Shown in pieces: positions 17,799 to 27,366 of a DNA stretch of 64,000 bases (the stretch's first letter is position 1; every line of letters begins with the position of its first letter). The DNA is from Candidatus Binatia bacterium. GTDB lineage: Bacteria; Desulfobacterota; Binatia; Bin18. Position numbers and translations under genes: made by a program. The stretch is from the NCBI GenBank assembly GCA_963664395.2, contig OY761159.2, positions 1,984,001 through 2,048,000 of the forward strand, written 5' to 3'. A model generated the notes under the pieces. That model worked only from the letters and a program-made list of their open reading frames with translations. It was not told where the DNA came from and did not search any database.

Positions 17799-19265
17799 TT
17801 ACAAACTCAACACATATTGCACGAGCGTCCGCACGCCAAAGCCGGTGCCGCCTCTCGGGGCCCGCTCTGAAAAGGCCGGACCGGCAATATCCAGATGCGC
17901 CCAGGGAACATCCGAGACAAACTCTTCAAGAAAAAGCGCCGCGGTAATCGCCCCGCCATAGCCCCCACCGATATTTTTAATGTCGGCAATGGAACTCTTG
18001 ATGTCGTCCTTATACTCCTTCACCAGGGGCATAGGCCACAATTGCTCGCCCGTCTCTTTGCTGCTTGCTAACAGATCATCAGTCAGCTTTTGATTATTGC
18101 TGAACAGCCCGGCGACTTGGGAGCCAAGGGCGACCATGCAGGCACCGGTCAGGGTGGCCAGGTCAATAATGACATCGGGCTTGTCTTCTACGGCACAGAT
18201 CAGCGCATCAGCCAGGATTAAACGGCCTTCTGCATCCGTATTGAGCACCTCGACGGTTTTGCCGTTTCGATAGCTAATTATATCACCGGGTTTCTGAGCC
18301 GTGCCGCTCGGCATATTTTCAGATGACGGCACATATCCCGTGACCTGCACCGGCGGTTTGAGCGCGGCAATCGCCCGCATCGTCCCCAGCACAGTTGCGC
18401 CACCCGACATATCAATCTTCATTGTCTCCATGGACTTGGCCGGCTTGAGCGAAAGTCCACCGGAGTCAAAGGTGAGCCCCTTGCCGACGAGAGCCACTTT
18501 CTTCTTGGGCTTTGTGGCGGGGGTATAGCTCAGCTTGATGAAGCGCGGCTCTTCCGGACCGCCACGCGAAACCGCCAGCAGCCCGTGCATTTTGGCCGCC
18601 TTGATCTTGTTCACACCCCAAACTTCGGTCTTGAGTCCGTTTCCGTCAGCGAGCTTTTTGGCTTGATTGGCCAGATACGTTGGGGTTGAAACCGAAGCGG
18701 GTTCATTGACTAAATCGCGTGCCAGAAAGACGCCCGGAACCGTATTTTGAACCGTTTCGAGGGCGCGGCTCAGCCGAGCGCTTTTCCTGAGACCGGGACC
18801 GACCAGAGTGAAGGTCTCAATGACCGTCTTCTTCCCGTTGTTGGATTTATACTTGAGGAAGGCATAACCGGACAGTAGTATCCCTTCGAGGACAGCGGCG
18901 CCCATATCCTGAACATCCGGACCTGGCTCGACAAACCACGCCAGGCTCTTCGCTCGTTGCTCCTGTGCCTGGCGGCGGGCCGTGGCTCCGACCTGACGCC
19001 ATGTCGCCGTCTCAATGCTCCCGTGCTTCCCGAGTCCAACCAGCAGAACCTCCACGCTTGGGAGGCGTTTATGCGTTTGGAACAGGAGCGTCTCGCCACG
19101 TTTGCCCTGGAATCGGCTGCGTCTCACCTGCTCGCGCAGCGCACCATCCACAGGAGCATCAAGGGCTTTCAGGTGGGCGGCATGCTGTCTCCCTTGAACG
19201 ACCGGGACAACCAGCAGGTCAGTGCGGACTGCCGTAATGGATTGCGATTGGACCCGAACGTTCAT
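17799..19265 (-). CDS. pepA: Leucyl aminopeptidase (M17)
   Basis: GKGLTFDSGG, MKIDMSG, NTDAEGRL and DLATLTG motifs. Confidence 0.95.
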   Translation of the reverse strand: MNVRVQSQSITAVRTDLLVVPVVQGRQHAAHLKALDAPVDGALREQVRRSRFQGKRGETLLFQTHKRLPSVEVLLVGLGKHGSIETATWRQVGATARRQAQEQRAKSLAWFVEPGPDVQDMGAAVLEGILLSGYAFLKYKSNNGKKTVIETFTLVGPGLRKSARLSRALETVQNTVPGVFLARDLVNEPASVSTPTYLANQAKKLADGNGLKTEVWGVNKIKAAKMHGLLAVSRGGPEEPRFIKLSYTPATKPKKKVALVGKGLTFDSGGLSLKPAKSMETMKIDMSGGATVLGTMRAIAALKPPVQVTGYVPSSENMPSGTAQKPGDIISYRNGKTVEVLNTDAEGRLILADALICAVEDKPDVIIDLATLTGACMVALGSQVAGLFSNNQKLTDDLLASSKETGEQLWPMPLVKEYKDDIKSSIADIKNIGGGYGGAITAALFLEEFVSDVPWAHLDIAGPAFSERAPRGGTGFGVRTLVQYVLSL

Positions 19266-19335
19266 AGCCGTCTTCCTTTCATGCCTAAGCGGTTAGGGGT
19301 AGGGAGCAGTCCGAGAGGGCGGTGTAGACGGACAG

Positions 19336-19366
19336 AAAAAAGGAGAGGGTTCCCCTACCCTTTCTC
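19336..19366 (-). terminator. Possible terminator
   Basis: Imperfect hairpin GAAAGGGT-agggga-ACCCTCTC followed by a T-tract on the minus strand. Confidence 0.4.
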
Positions 19367-19401
19367 GTAAAAGCCTGGGCTGAGGCCGAAGCAAAAGAAT
19401 A

Positions 19402-19569
19402 TTACGCAGCCGGGGCCGCTTCACGTGCCAGGGCGCGCAACTGCCGTTTAACAGAACGGATATTGCGTCGGACCTTTTTGAGTTCTGTGTGTTCCTTTTG
19501 CTCCAGGGCCGTATCACGTTGCCCTTTGAGCTCTTTCATCTGTTTTTTCAGGTCGGCCTTTTCTGCCAT
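19402..19569 (-). CDS. Small basic coiled-coil protein (55 aa), absent from the ORF track
   Basis: Hand translation: MAEKADLKKQMKELKGQRDTALEQKEHTELKKVRRNIRSVKRQLRALAREAAPAA*. AAGGA RBS upstream. Confidence 0.7.
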   Translation of the reverse strand: MAEKADLKKQMKELKGQRDTALEQKEHTELKKVRRNIRSVKRQLRALAREAAPAA

Positions 19570-19584
19570 GATTTTTTCCTTACG

Positions 19585-19893
19585 CTACTCTTCTTTTTCT
19601 TCTTGTTCCCGGTTTGGCTTGAATGTCTTTTTTGCCAGATAAAACATTGCCGCGCCAGCCACCCCATACATCAGTATGCCCTCAACCAGCCCGACTCCGC
19701 CGGCGAGCATGAGCACCAGGACAACCAGCGCTGTCCCGGTGACAGCCACAACCTTTTCAATCCGCTCCTCTCGGTCGCGGACTTCTTCCACATGCGCACT
19801 CACCCGCGTTCCGCACTCCGGACAACGACCATTGCGCTTGCGGTAGAGAATCTTTCCACACTGGGGACAGGGAATCCGGAGATAGAGTGGCAT
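19585..19893 (-). CDS. Zinc-ribbon membrane protein
   Basis: CPQCG..CPECG followed by two TM helices. Confidence 0.7.
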   Translation of the reverse strand: MPLYLRIPCPQCGKILYRKRNGRCPECGTRVSAHVEEVRDREERIEKVVAVTGTALVVLVLMLAGGVGLVEGILMYGVAGAAMFYLAKKTFKPNREQEEKEE

Positions 19894-19900
19894 ACGCTGG

Positions 19901-19951
19901 AAAAACGAAAAAGGCCCCGGCTCGTCACACGCAGAGACAAACAGGGGCCTT
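19901..19951 (-). terminator. Terminator after korAB
   Basis: Minus strand stem AAGGCCCCtGTTTGTC...GACGAGCcGGGGCCTT followed by a T-rich tail. Confidence 0.6.
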
Positions 19952-19967
19952 CTCAATTACTTACGAA

Positions 19968-20981
19968 CTATTCGACTGACCAGACGTCTCCACGATGCAG
20001 GAGGGCATCAATGTTCCCTGGTCCGGACTTTTCGACAGAGTCCTGAATCTGTTTGTTCATCAAAGACTCAATCGTCGGGCGTTGGGTTGAAAACAGCACA
20101 CCAACCGGCGTGGGGAAGTTGGGCGGCGTCATGCGCCCGAGTAAATACGCCAAGGTTTGATCGTGTTCATCGTGTACCAACAGATCTGAGGTGCTGACGC
20201 CATTCCCAATGGTGACAACTTCAGGGGTTAAGCCGTTGAGGCGAATACCGCGCTCCTTGTTCTTGCCAAAAACCATGGGTTTACCATGCTCAAGAAGCAG
20301 TTGGGTGTCGGCCTTGGAGTTTTTATCCTTCAGATATTCCCATACCCCATCATTATAGACGTTACAGTTTTGTAGAATTTCAATAAATGCTCCACCCTTA
20401 TGGGCAGCTGCTCGCTTCAGCGTTTCCTGCTGATGCTTGGCTTCCGTGTCTATACTGCGTGCAATAAACGTGGCCTCTGCGCCTATCGCCAAGGAGATGG
20501 GGTTGAGCGGATGGTCAACCGAGCCCATTGGCGTGGACTTGGCAACCTTGCCGAGCTCTGAAGTCGGCGAGTATTGGCCTTTCGTAAGACCGTAGATCCG
20601 GTTGTTGAAAAGCATAATTTTTATCTCGACATTCCGGCGAAGCGCATGGATGAGATGATTGCCACCAATGCTCAAACCATCTCCGTCACCAGTGACGAGC
20701 CAAATGTACAGGTCGGGTCGGGAGATCTTGAGTCCAGTTGCAATCGCCGGAGCACGACCATGAATAGTATGAAAGCCATACGTATTCATGTAGTACGGGA
20801 AGCGACTCGAGCAGCCAATGCCGGAAATGAAGACCGCTTTTTCTTTTGGAATGCCAAGCTCAGGGAATATCTTTTGGACCTGAGCCAGAATGGCATAATC
20901 TCCACAGCCCGGACACCAACGGACATCCTGGTCTGAAACAAAGTCTTTTCGTGTTAGTTTTACCGCAGCTTCTGTACTCAT
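19968..20981 (-). CDS. korB: 2-oxoacid:ferredoxin oxidoreductase beta subunit
   Basis: WCPGCGD, SGIGCSS, GDGD and YGLTKGQ motifs. Confidence 0.95.
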   Translation of the reverse strand: MSTEAAVKLTRKDFVSDQDVRWCPGCGDYAILAQVQKIFPELGIPKEKAVFISGIGCSSRFPYYMNTYGFHTIHGRAPAIATGLKISRPDLYIWLVTGDGDGLSIGGNHLIHALRRNVEIKIMLFNNRIYGLTKGQYSPTSELGKVAKSTPMGSVDHPLNPISLAIGAEATFIARSIDTEAKHQQETLKRAAAHKGGAFIEILQNCNVYNDGVWEYLKDKNSKADTQLLLEHGKPMVFGKNKERGIRLNGLTPEVVTIGNGVSTSDLLVHDEHDQTLAYLLGRMTPPNFPTPVGVLFSTQRPTIESLMNKQIQDSVEKSGPGNIDALLHRGDVWSVE

Positions 20982-20986
20982 AGTCC

Positions 20987-22846
20987 TTAGTCCTCCAACA
21001 TACGGGCAATGCGAGTTGCAACTTCAGACACCTTAAATGGACGGCCTTGGATCTTGTTCAGCCCAACCGCGTCAATCAGGTATTCGGCTCGGATCAGCTT
21101 GAGGAGTTGACCCATGTTCATCTCAGGCACAAGCACCTTTTCATACCGGCCCAGCACGTCGCCCAGGTCGGCCGGCAGCGGGTTCAGATAGCGCAGATGG
21201 GCATGGGCGACCGCATGACCCTGCGCCTGCGCGGCCTCAACCGCAGCGGCAATCGCGCCATAGGTACTGCCCCAACCCAGAACCAACAGCTTGCCCTGCT
21301 CAGGCCCCTTCACTTGAGTAGGAGGAATCTCCTGCGTAACTTTCGCGACCTTTTTATGTCGCACGCGCACCATCTGTTCATGGTTGGCCGGGGCGTAGCT
21401 GATATTTCCCGTCAAGTAGTCTTTCTCAATGCCACCGATACGGTGCTCAAGGCCAGGGGTGCCGGGTTTGACCCATGGGCGGGCCAGGGTTTCTTCATCT
21501 CTCAAGTAGGGGAAGAAGCCTTGTGGATCAGTCCGAAATTCGACCGGAATACTGGGCAGGTCGTCTACATTCGGCAGGAGCCAGGGCTCCGAGGCGTTGG
21601 CCAGGAATCCGTCCGTCAAGAGGATGACCGGAGTCATGTACTTCATCGCGATCCGGGCCGCCTCAAAAGCGGCGTAAAAACAATCTGACGGCGTCGAGGC
21701 GGCAATCACGGGCAGCGGCGATTCTCCGTGCCGCCCATAGATCGCCTGCATCAGGTCGGTCTGCTCGGGCTTGGTCGGCATGCCCGTGCTCGGTCCGGCC
21801 CGCTGAATATTCGTGATCACCATCGGTAATTCAACTGTGGCCGCCAGCCCCATGGTCTCACCCTTGAGGTTCATCCCAGGGCCACTCGTGGTCGTAATTG
21901 CCAGTGCTCCACCAAAAGCGGCGCCTAACGCGGCACCGACCCCGGCGATTTCGTCTTCGGCTTGGAACGTATAGACGTTGTAGTTTTTGTATTCAGCTAA
22001 TTCGTGCAGCACATCACTGGCCGGCGTGATAGGATAGCTACCCAAGAAGAGCGGCAGCCCGGCCTTTTGGGCGGCAATAACAAAACCAAGGGCGGTCGCA
22101 GAGTTTCCAGTGATATTGCGATACGTACCAGGATCAATCTCGGCCGGCTTGACCTCATAGGACGAGGAAAACATGTCGGTATTTTCACCCAGATTATAGC
22201 CGCCTTTGATGGCCGCGGTGTTGGCCTCTGCCACAGCCGGATTCTTGCCGAATCGCTGCTGTATCCATTCCAGAGTAGGCTCAATCGGACGATTAAAGAG
22301 CCATGATACAACGCCCAAGGCAAAAAAGTTTCGACTCCGCATGACCGACCGGTTTGGCAGGCCCGTGTCCTTAAGAGCCAGGGTCGTCATTTTGGTGACT
22401 TCTACTTGATAGACCTGGTATTTATCCAGTGAATGGTCCTCAAGCGGGTTGATTTCGTATTCGGCTTTTCTCAGGTTGGCACTGTTAAATTCAGCCGGGT
22501 CAACGATGAGAATGCCATTCTGCTGCAAATCGGCAATATTCGTTTTGAGCGCCGCCGGATTCATGCACACCAGGGCATCGAGATCATCCCCGGGTGTATA
22601 CACATTTTTATTACTGAAATTAACCTGAAAAGCGCTCACACCGTACAGCGTACCGGTAGGGGCCCGGATTTCCGCCGGAAAGTCAGGGAGCGTCCCTACA
22701 TCATTCCCGGCAAAAACTGACTCGGATGTAAAACGGGTGCCGGTCAGTTGCATTCCATCACCAGAATCACCGGCAAAACGAATGACGACGCTTTCACGTT
22801 CCTGCCTCGGTTTTTGCAGGGGCACCCCCGCTGGATTGGTGGCCAT
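20987..22846 (-). CDS. korA: 2-oxoacid:ferredoxin oxidoreductase alpha subunit
   Basis: RFAGDSGDGMQL, YPITPAS, QAEDEI and RAGPSTGMPT motifs. Confidence 0.95.
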   Translation of the reverse strand: MATNPAGVPLQKPRQERESVVIRFAGDSGDGMQLTGTRFTSESVFAGNDVGTLPDFPAEIRAPTGTLYGVSAFQVNFSNKNVYTPGDDLDALVCMNPAALKTNIADLQQNGILIVDPAEFNSANLRKAEYEINPLEDHSLDKYQVYQVEVTKMTTLALKDTGLPNRSVMRSRNFFALGVVSWLFNRPIEPTLEWIQQRFGKNPAVAEANTAAIKGGYNLGENTDMFSSSYEVKPAEIDPGTYRNITGNSATALGFVIAAQKAGLPLFLGSYPITPASDVLHELAEYKNYNVYTFQAEDEIAGVGAALGAAFGGALAITTTSGPGMNLKGETMGLAATVELPMVITNIQRAGPSTGMPTKPEQTDLMQAIYGRHGESPLPVIAASTPSDCFYAAFEAARIAMKYMTPVILLTDGFLANASEPWLLPNVDDLPSIPVEFRTDPQGFFPYLRDEETLARPWVKPGTPGLEHRIGGIEKDYLTGNISYAPANHEQMVRVRHKKVAKVTQEIPPTQVKGPEQGKLLVLGWGSTYGAIAAAVEAAQAQGHAVAHAHLRYLNPLPADLGDVLGRYEKVLVPEMNMGQLLKLIRAEYLIDAVGLNKIQGRPFKVSEVATRIARMLED

Positions 22847-22996
22847 GGAATCTCCTCCTCAGCTGCTGTTACTGTGCTTTTCGCCTGGAATTGTTACGGA
22901 TAAGTCTGAATATGACACTGAAGATTACAGATTGGCACAATATCCGACGTTCTGAAAGATTACAAGTTCAACACAAGAGTCAGGCTGTCACCTAGG

Positions 22997-24703
22997 TTAC
23001 AAAAAACGCAGAGAAAACGGAATAATTGCCCATACCCGGTCGCGCGCCCACGACCAGCCGGTTGTGTGTATTGTCCGACCCCAAGGCAGGAGGCGTAAAA
23101 GAGATGGGAAGCGGAGGAGCGAAGCGGGCTTAGGGAAACGTTCGACCCCAACCGGCCAGTTGTCAGGTATCCCGACTTGATGCTTGAGTTCGGCCAAGGC
23201 TTCCTCCAACCCACCTATCCGGTCAACCAGACCTCGGGCCATCGCCTGCCTCCCGCTCCACACTCGTCCCTGGGCACAGGCGTCAACCGTCTCATAACTG
23301 AGCGACCGACACTGCGCGACTTTTTTGACAAAGTCGTGATAGAAACTCTGGATTTCAATATCCATACGCTCTTGTTCGGCCGGACCAAAGGCCAAATAAT
23401 CAGAGAACAGCGCCGCCCGCTTGCCTCGGGTCAGGATTTCCTTATCCAGACCAAGCTGCGCATAGAGTCCCTGCAATACCGCCTTACCGGCAATGACTCC
23501 AATAGAGCCGGTAATCGTTCCTTCCTCAGCAAAAACAGTCGTACCGGCCAGCGCGATGTAATATCCGCCGGAAGCAGCCACATCGCCCATAGAGATAATC
23601 ACCGGCTTCTCTTCTTTTGTTTGGAGAATCTCGTGCCAGACCAGATCGGAGGCCAGCCCGGAGCCGCCCGGACTCGACACCCGGATCATAATGCCCGCGA
23701 TACCGGGGTCTTCGCGCACCTGCTGGAGGTCTCGGATCATACTGGCAGAGCCGCTGGACCGAATCCCGTCACTCCCGGTCTCGGTTTCTCCGCGCGTAAT
23801 CGTGCCGCCCACCGTCATGAAGGCCATCCGCACCGGAGGATAGCGCAGCGCCCGGCGCCGCATGAGTCGCCCCCGGCGGCGCAGATAGGCACCCGCTTCA
23901 ATGACCTGCACGCGCTCGGTCGCGTTTACGCCATCCGCCTGTCCTCCGCGGTCTTCGAGCCAGTGCGGGATATCATCTTCATAGCCAATATGATCAATCA
24001 GGCCCGCTTCCTGGGCTTCGTGCGGCAGAAACAGCCCCTGGTCAATGAGTGCACGAACGGTGGCTGTGTCGGTATTCCGGGTTGAGGCGACTCCTTCGAC
24101 AATCTGATCGTACAGGTCATCCAGGAGGCTATTCATCATCTCCCGATGTGGCTCAGAAAGCGACGTCCGCGTAAATGGCTCCCCGGCCGACTTATACTGC
24201 CCGGCCTGACTGACCTGGGCTTCAATGCCCAGCTTGTCGAGCGCGCCCTTAAAGAACATTGTTTCTGCGGCAAGACCGGTGATGGCCAGGTGACCGGCCG
24301 GCGCCATCGCCACCGCGTTTGCCGCACTGGCGAGGTAATACTCCTGGGTGCCCCCCTCGGCCAGATAGACCAGGACGTATTTCCCGGCTTGACGGAGGGC
24401 CTGAATGGAGCGCCGCATATTTTGCAGCCGAGCCCAGCCCGTGTCCAGATTGTCGATGCTGAGAACAACAGTGCTGAGCTGCTCGTCCTCCCGCGCCCAG
24501 CGCAGTACGGTGGTCAGGGTAAAAAGATCCAGAGAGGTTGAACGTCGAAACGGCAGACTGCCCAAGACATCATCTTCAGCAAAAGAGCCGGTGAGCTCCA
24601 TCTGAAGGGTATTATACGGCTTGTGCCGTCCGGTGAGGCGCGCCAGAAGATCGATGCTCCAAAGCACGCCACGAGTAATGTTGCGGAACAGGAAGCGTAT
24701 CAC
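22997..24703 (-). CDS. sppA: Signal peptide peptidase (67K type)
   Basis: [25 protein letters not shown] and TITGSIGV; two S49 domains. Confidence 0.93.
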   Translation of the reverse strand: MIRFLFRNITRGVLWSIDLLARLTGRHKPYNTLQMELTGSFAEDDVLGSLPFRRSTSLDLFTLTTVLRWAREDEQLSTVVLSIDNLDTGWARLQNMRRSIQALRQAGKYVLVYLAEGGTQEYYLASAANAVAMAPAGHLAITGLAAETMFFKGALDKLGIEAQVSQAGQYKSAGEPFTRTSLSEPHREMMNSLLDDLYDQIVEGVASTRNTDTATVRALIDQGLFLPHEAQEAGLIDHIGYEDDIPHWLEDRGGQADGVNATERVQVIEAGAYLRRRGRLMRRRALRYPPVRMAFMTVGGTITRGETETGSDGIRSSGSASMIRDLQQVREDPGIAGIMIRVSSPGGSGLASDLVWHEILQTKEEKPVIISMGDVAASGGYYIALAGTTVFAEEGTITGSIGVIAGKAVLQGLYAQLGLDKEILTRGKRAALFSDYLAFGPAEQERMDIEIQSFYHDFVKKVAQCRSLSYETVDACAQGRVWSGRQAMARGLVDRIGGLEEALAELKHQVGIPDNWPVGVERFPKPASLLRFPSLLRLLPWGRTIHTTGWSWARDRVWAIIPFSLRFL

Positions 24704-24905
24704 AACTGCGAACAGTCTACGCTCCCCTCATTGTCTTCAGCAAGGGTAGCTTGTCTATCCCTTCTCGTTTGTCTCTGATCCACGATATGAGGGCCATCAC
24801 GCACATCTCAGTGCAGCACGGCTTCGAGCAGTCCGACGACCCGCGCGAGGTCCTTGTCTGGGACTTCGTCTATGAGCTTTGCCGCCCTTGTCCGCAATCG
24901 GCGTA

Positions 24906-25053
24906 CTAGCGCGATTCACGATTCTGTGTCGCCACCTGGATTCCTGCGGAAGCAGGAATCCAGGCTCCCGCCCCCCCACCTCTGGATGCCGGATCAAGTC
25001 CGGCATGACGAGAGCGAAACGGCACGGCTACAGCCTAGCGTGAAACGCTCTAG
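24906..25053. mobile_element. MITE-like element containing a REP-type palindrome, copy 1
   Basis: Ends CTAGCGCGATTCACG...CGTGAAACGCTCTAG form imperfect TIRs. Internal hairpins TGGATTCCTGCGGAAGCAGGAATCCA and ATGCCGGATCAAGTCCGGCAT. Confidence 0.7.
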
Positions 25054-25109
25054 CTCGCCATTTTCAAAACACAACATTCTCAACATTCTATAGATGGAAA
25101 TCTACCAAT

Positions 25110-25152
25110 AGTGGCAGCAGATAGTCAGAATTTTGCGATGACGGAGTTCGAG
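25110..25152 (+). pseudogene. Eroded remnant of the ...EWQQNSQNFVITDVE adhesin tail
   Basis: AGTGGCAGCAGATAGTCAGAATTTTGCGATGACGGA aligns by eye to 39407-39444. Confidence 0.55.
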
Positions 25153-25229
25153 AAAGGGCTCTCTGCCGGCTGCCCTGCCTGGATTCCTCTCGCATTATCT
25201 GGAGGGTATCCATCATTTTATTTAATTTT

Positions 25230-25245
25230 CCTCCCATTTTAGGTG
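25230..25245 (+). promoter_or_regulatory. Repeated upstream motif CCTCCCATTTTAGGTG (copy 1 of 4)
   Basis: Also present at 26603, 27295 and 39740; all four copies are intergenic and upstream of + strand genes or remnants. Confidence 0.55.
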
Positions 25246-25387
25246 TGTCCGGCGCGACATTATGGTGTATGGGATCATGTCACATACCTTCATAACGACA
25301 GTATGCATGTGTAGATATTCAACCGTCACTCGGCGAAGAACCGTTCTGGCACGGGAGGAGCCGGCAGGCGTAGTGCAGTGAAGTATC

Positions 25388-26521
25388 ATGAGCGACCAAG
25401 ACGCATTCGAACGGATCCTGGCGTCATTGTACGACGCCATGCTCGACGACACCCACTGGCCTGCCACCTCGGCCCTGATTGATGAGGCCTGCGGCACGAA
25501 GGGTACTGCGCTAATGGTCGGCAAAGGCCCGCAGGACGACGTCCGGGTCCTTTTCGTGGGGCTCTACTACCGGGGGGAGCGCCGCGTAGACCTGGAGCGC
25601 GACTACCTCGAAATCTACCATCCCATAGACGAACACGTACCGCGTTTCCGGCAACTGCCCGACAGCCGCGTGGTGCACGTCACCGACCTGTACACGGCCG
25701 AGGAGTTGAAGACCTCGCCCACCTACAACGAGTATCTTCACCGGGGCGATGGCCAGGATGGCTTGAATGTGCGGCTGGACGGGCCGGACGGCTCCCACAT
25801 CACCTGGGCCACCTGTGACCCGGTCACCCCGGGCGGCTGGGGGTCCTCGCAACTCGCGATGATCGAGCGTCTGCTGCCCCATCTCCGGCAATTCGTGCGC
25901 GTCCGGCATGCGCTGGGCGGTGCCGAGGCGCTGGGCGCGTCCGTGACCGACCTGCTCGACAACACCCGGATTGGGGTCATCCACCTGGACCAGCGGGGGC
26001 AGATCATGGTGGCGAATGACCGCGCCCGGGCCATTCTCCGGCACGGCGATGGGTTGTCGGACCGGGGCGGGGTGCTGCGCGCCCAGGTGCCGGCCGACCA
26101 CACCCGGCTTGAGCGGCTGGTGGCCGGGGCGCTGTCGTCTACCGGGGCCGCCGTCAGTGGGTCGATGCTGCTCCACCGCTCGTCTGTGTTGTCGCCGTTC
26201 GTGGTGCATGTCAAACCCGTGGGCGTCCGGCAGCCGGACTACGGCGCCCGGCGCGTCGCTGCGCTGATTCTGATTGTCGAGCCGGGGCGCCAGACCCGCA
26301 TCGATCCCGCTCTGGTGGCCACGGTCCTGGGGCTCACGCTGACGGAGAGTCTGATCGCGGTCTGGTTGGCGGAAGGCAAGACCGTGCGTGACATTGCCGG
26401 GGCGACGGGGCGGCGGGAGGGCGCAATCTATTGGCACTTGAAGCAGATTTACCACAAGCTGGATCTCTCCCGGCAGGTGGACCTGGTGCGGCTGGTGCTG
26501 TCGCTCGCCGAGTTTGTGTGA
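25388..26521 (+). CDS. LuxR-family HTH transcriptional regulator with GAF/PAS-like sensor region
   Basis: C-terminal GLTLTESLIAVWLAEGKTVRDIA...HLKQIYHKLDLSRQVDLVRLV; PAS-like GVIHLDQRGQIMVAN. Confidence 0.9.
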   Translation: MSDQDAFERILASLYDAMLDDTHWPATSALIDEACGTKGTALMVGKGPQDDVRVLFVGLYYRGERRVDLERDYLEIYHPIDEHVPRFRQLPDSRVVHVTDLYTAEELKTSPTYNEYLHRGDGQDGLNVRLDGPDGSHITWATCDPVTPGGWGSSQLAMIERLLPHLRQFVRVRHALGGAEALGASVTDLLDNTRIGVIHLDQRGQIMVANDRARAILRHGDGLSDRGGVLRAQVPADHTRLERLVAGALSSTGAAVSGSMLLHRSSVLSPFVVHVKPVGVRQPDYGARRVAALILIVEPGRQTRIDPALVATVLGLTLTESLIAVWLAEGKTVRDIAGATGRREGAIYWHLKQIYHKLDLSRQVDLVRLVLSLAEFV

Positions 26522-26602
26522 GCGGAGCGGGCGCCCCGCCTCCACACTGCGCCCCAGGCTTCCGCCTCCCCTGGCGGCGCCTGCTGACCTGGGGTCATTA
26601 TT

Positions 26603-26618
26603 CCTCCCATTTTAGGTG
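26603..26618 (+). promoter_or_regulatory. Repeated upstream motif (copy 2)
   Basis: CCTCCCATTTTAGGTG, identical to the copy at 25230. Confidence 0.55.
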
Positions 26619-26737
26619 CGCGCGCCGCGGCGAAATGGTGAATGGTGCAAGAGTGGCCAGTGAGGGGACGGAGACGGAGAAGCGATATGCGAGCGGCCCG
26701 TGGCCCGGATATTTGTCATTATCGGTAACGAGTGAGC

Positions 26738-26903
26738 GGCCGGCTCGTGACGGGTGACGACCGTGGGGGAAGGGACCGAGGCAGAGTTTCTGCGGGATGT
26801 TGAGGGAGAATGTACAGTCGAGGACTTCCCCATGCTCGGCGAGACGGTGCTGTTGGAGTGGCAGCAGAACAGTCAGAATTTTGTCATTACGGACGTGGAG
26901 TAG
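26738..26903 (+). pseudogene. Orphan 3' end of an adhesin gene (AEFLRDVEGECTVEDFPMLGETVLLEWQQNSQNFVITDVE*)
   Basis: Near-identical to ~39330-39453 and ~43290-43410. Post-stop sequence (AGG.CCTGCTCACCC) is shared with 39454. Confidence 0.8.
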
Positions 26904-26981
26904 AGGACCTGCTCACCCCGACCCTGCGACACGCTCAGGGGGCGGACCGGCGCTCCAGAACCCCAGGGTGCATCCCATGCA

Positions 26982-27130
26982 CTAGCGCAAATCACGCTGC
27001 TGTGTAGCCGCCCGTCATTCCGGCGAAAGCAGGCATCCAGGCCCCCGCCCCCCGACCTCCGGATGCCGGATCACGTCCGGCATGACGAGCGCGTACGGGC
27101 ACGGCTACAGACTAACGTGAAACGCTCTAA
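26982..27130. mobile_element. MITE-like element with REP palindrome, copy 2
   Basis: CTAGCGCAAATCACG...GTCATTCCGGCGAAAGCAGGCATCC...ATGCCGGATCACGTCCGGCATGAC...CGTGAAACGCTCTAA. Confidence 0.7.
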
Positions 27131-27294
27131 TTTCGAGGCCAATGCCAGATGACAACAGAACGATAGGGGGCCGCCCTCCGTTCTCTCACATGCGCGCACG
27201 GCTTTTCGGGTCCAGTTGAGCGGGCCGCCCCCCGGCCCGACCAGGCGGGTGCACCGGTAGGGGTGCGCCGCCCTCGGCCTGCGGTGTGAAGATT

Positions 27295-27311
27295 CCTCCC
27301 ATTTTGGTAGG
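27295..27311 (+). promoter_or_regulatory. Near-palindromic motif CCTCCCA-TTT-TGGTAGG (copy 3)
   Basis: Arms are 6/7 complementary; lies about 55 bp upstream of the first GH16-like gene. Confidence 0.6.
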
Positions 27312-27366
27312 GACACACGCGGCGGGATATGACAAGAGAGAGGAAAGAAGTCTCTGAGGTGGAACG

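Noticed and set aside
19270-19400. Structured ncRNA (SRP/6S/riboswitch) upstream of pepA
   Set aside because: No conserved motif was recognised; a terminator-like hairpin explains the structure.
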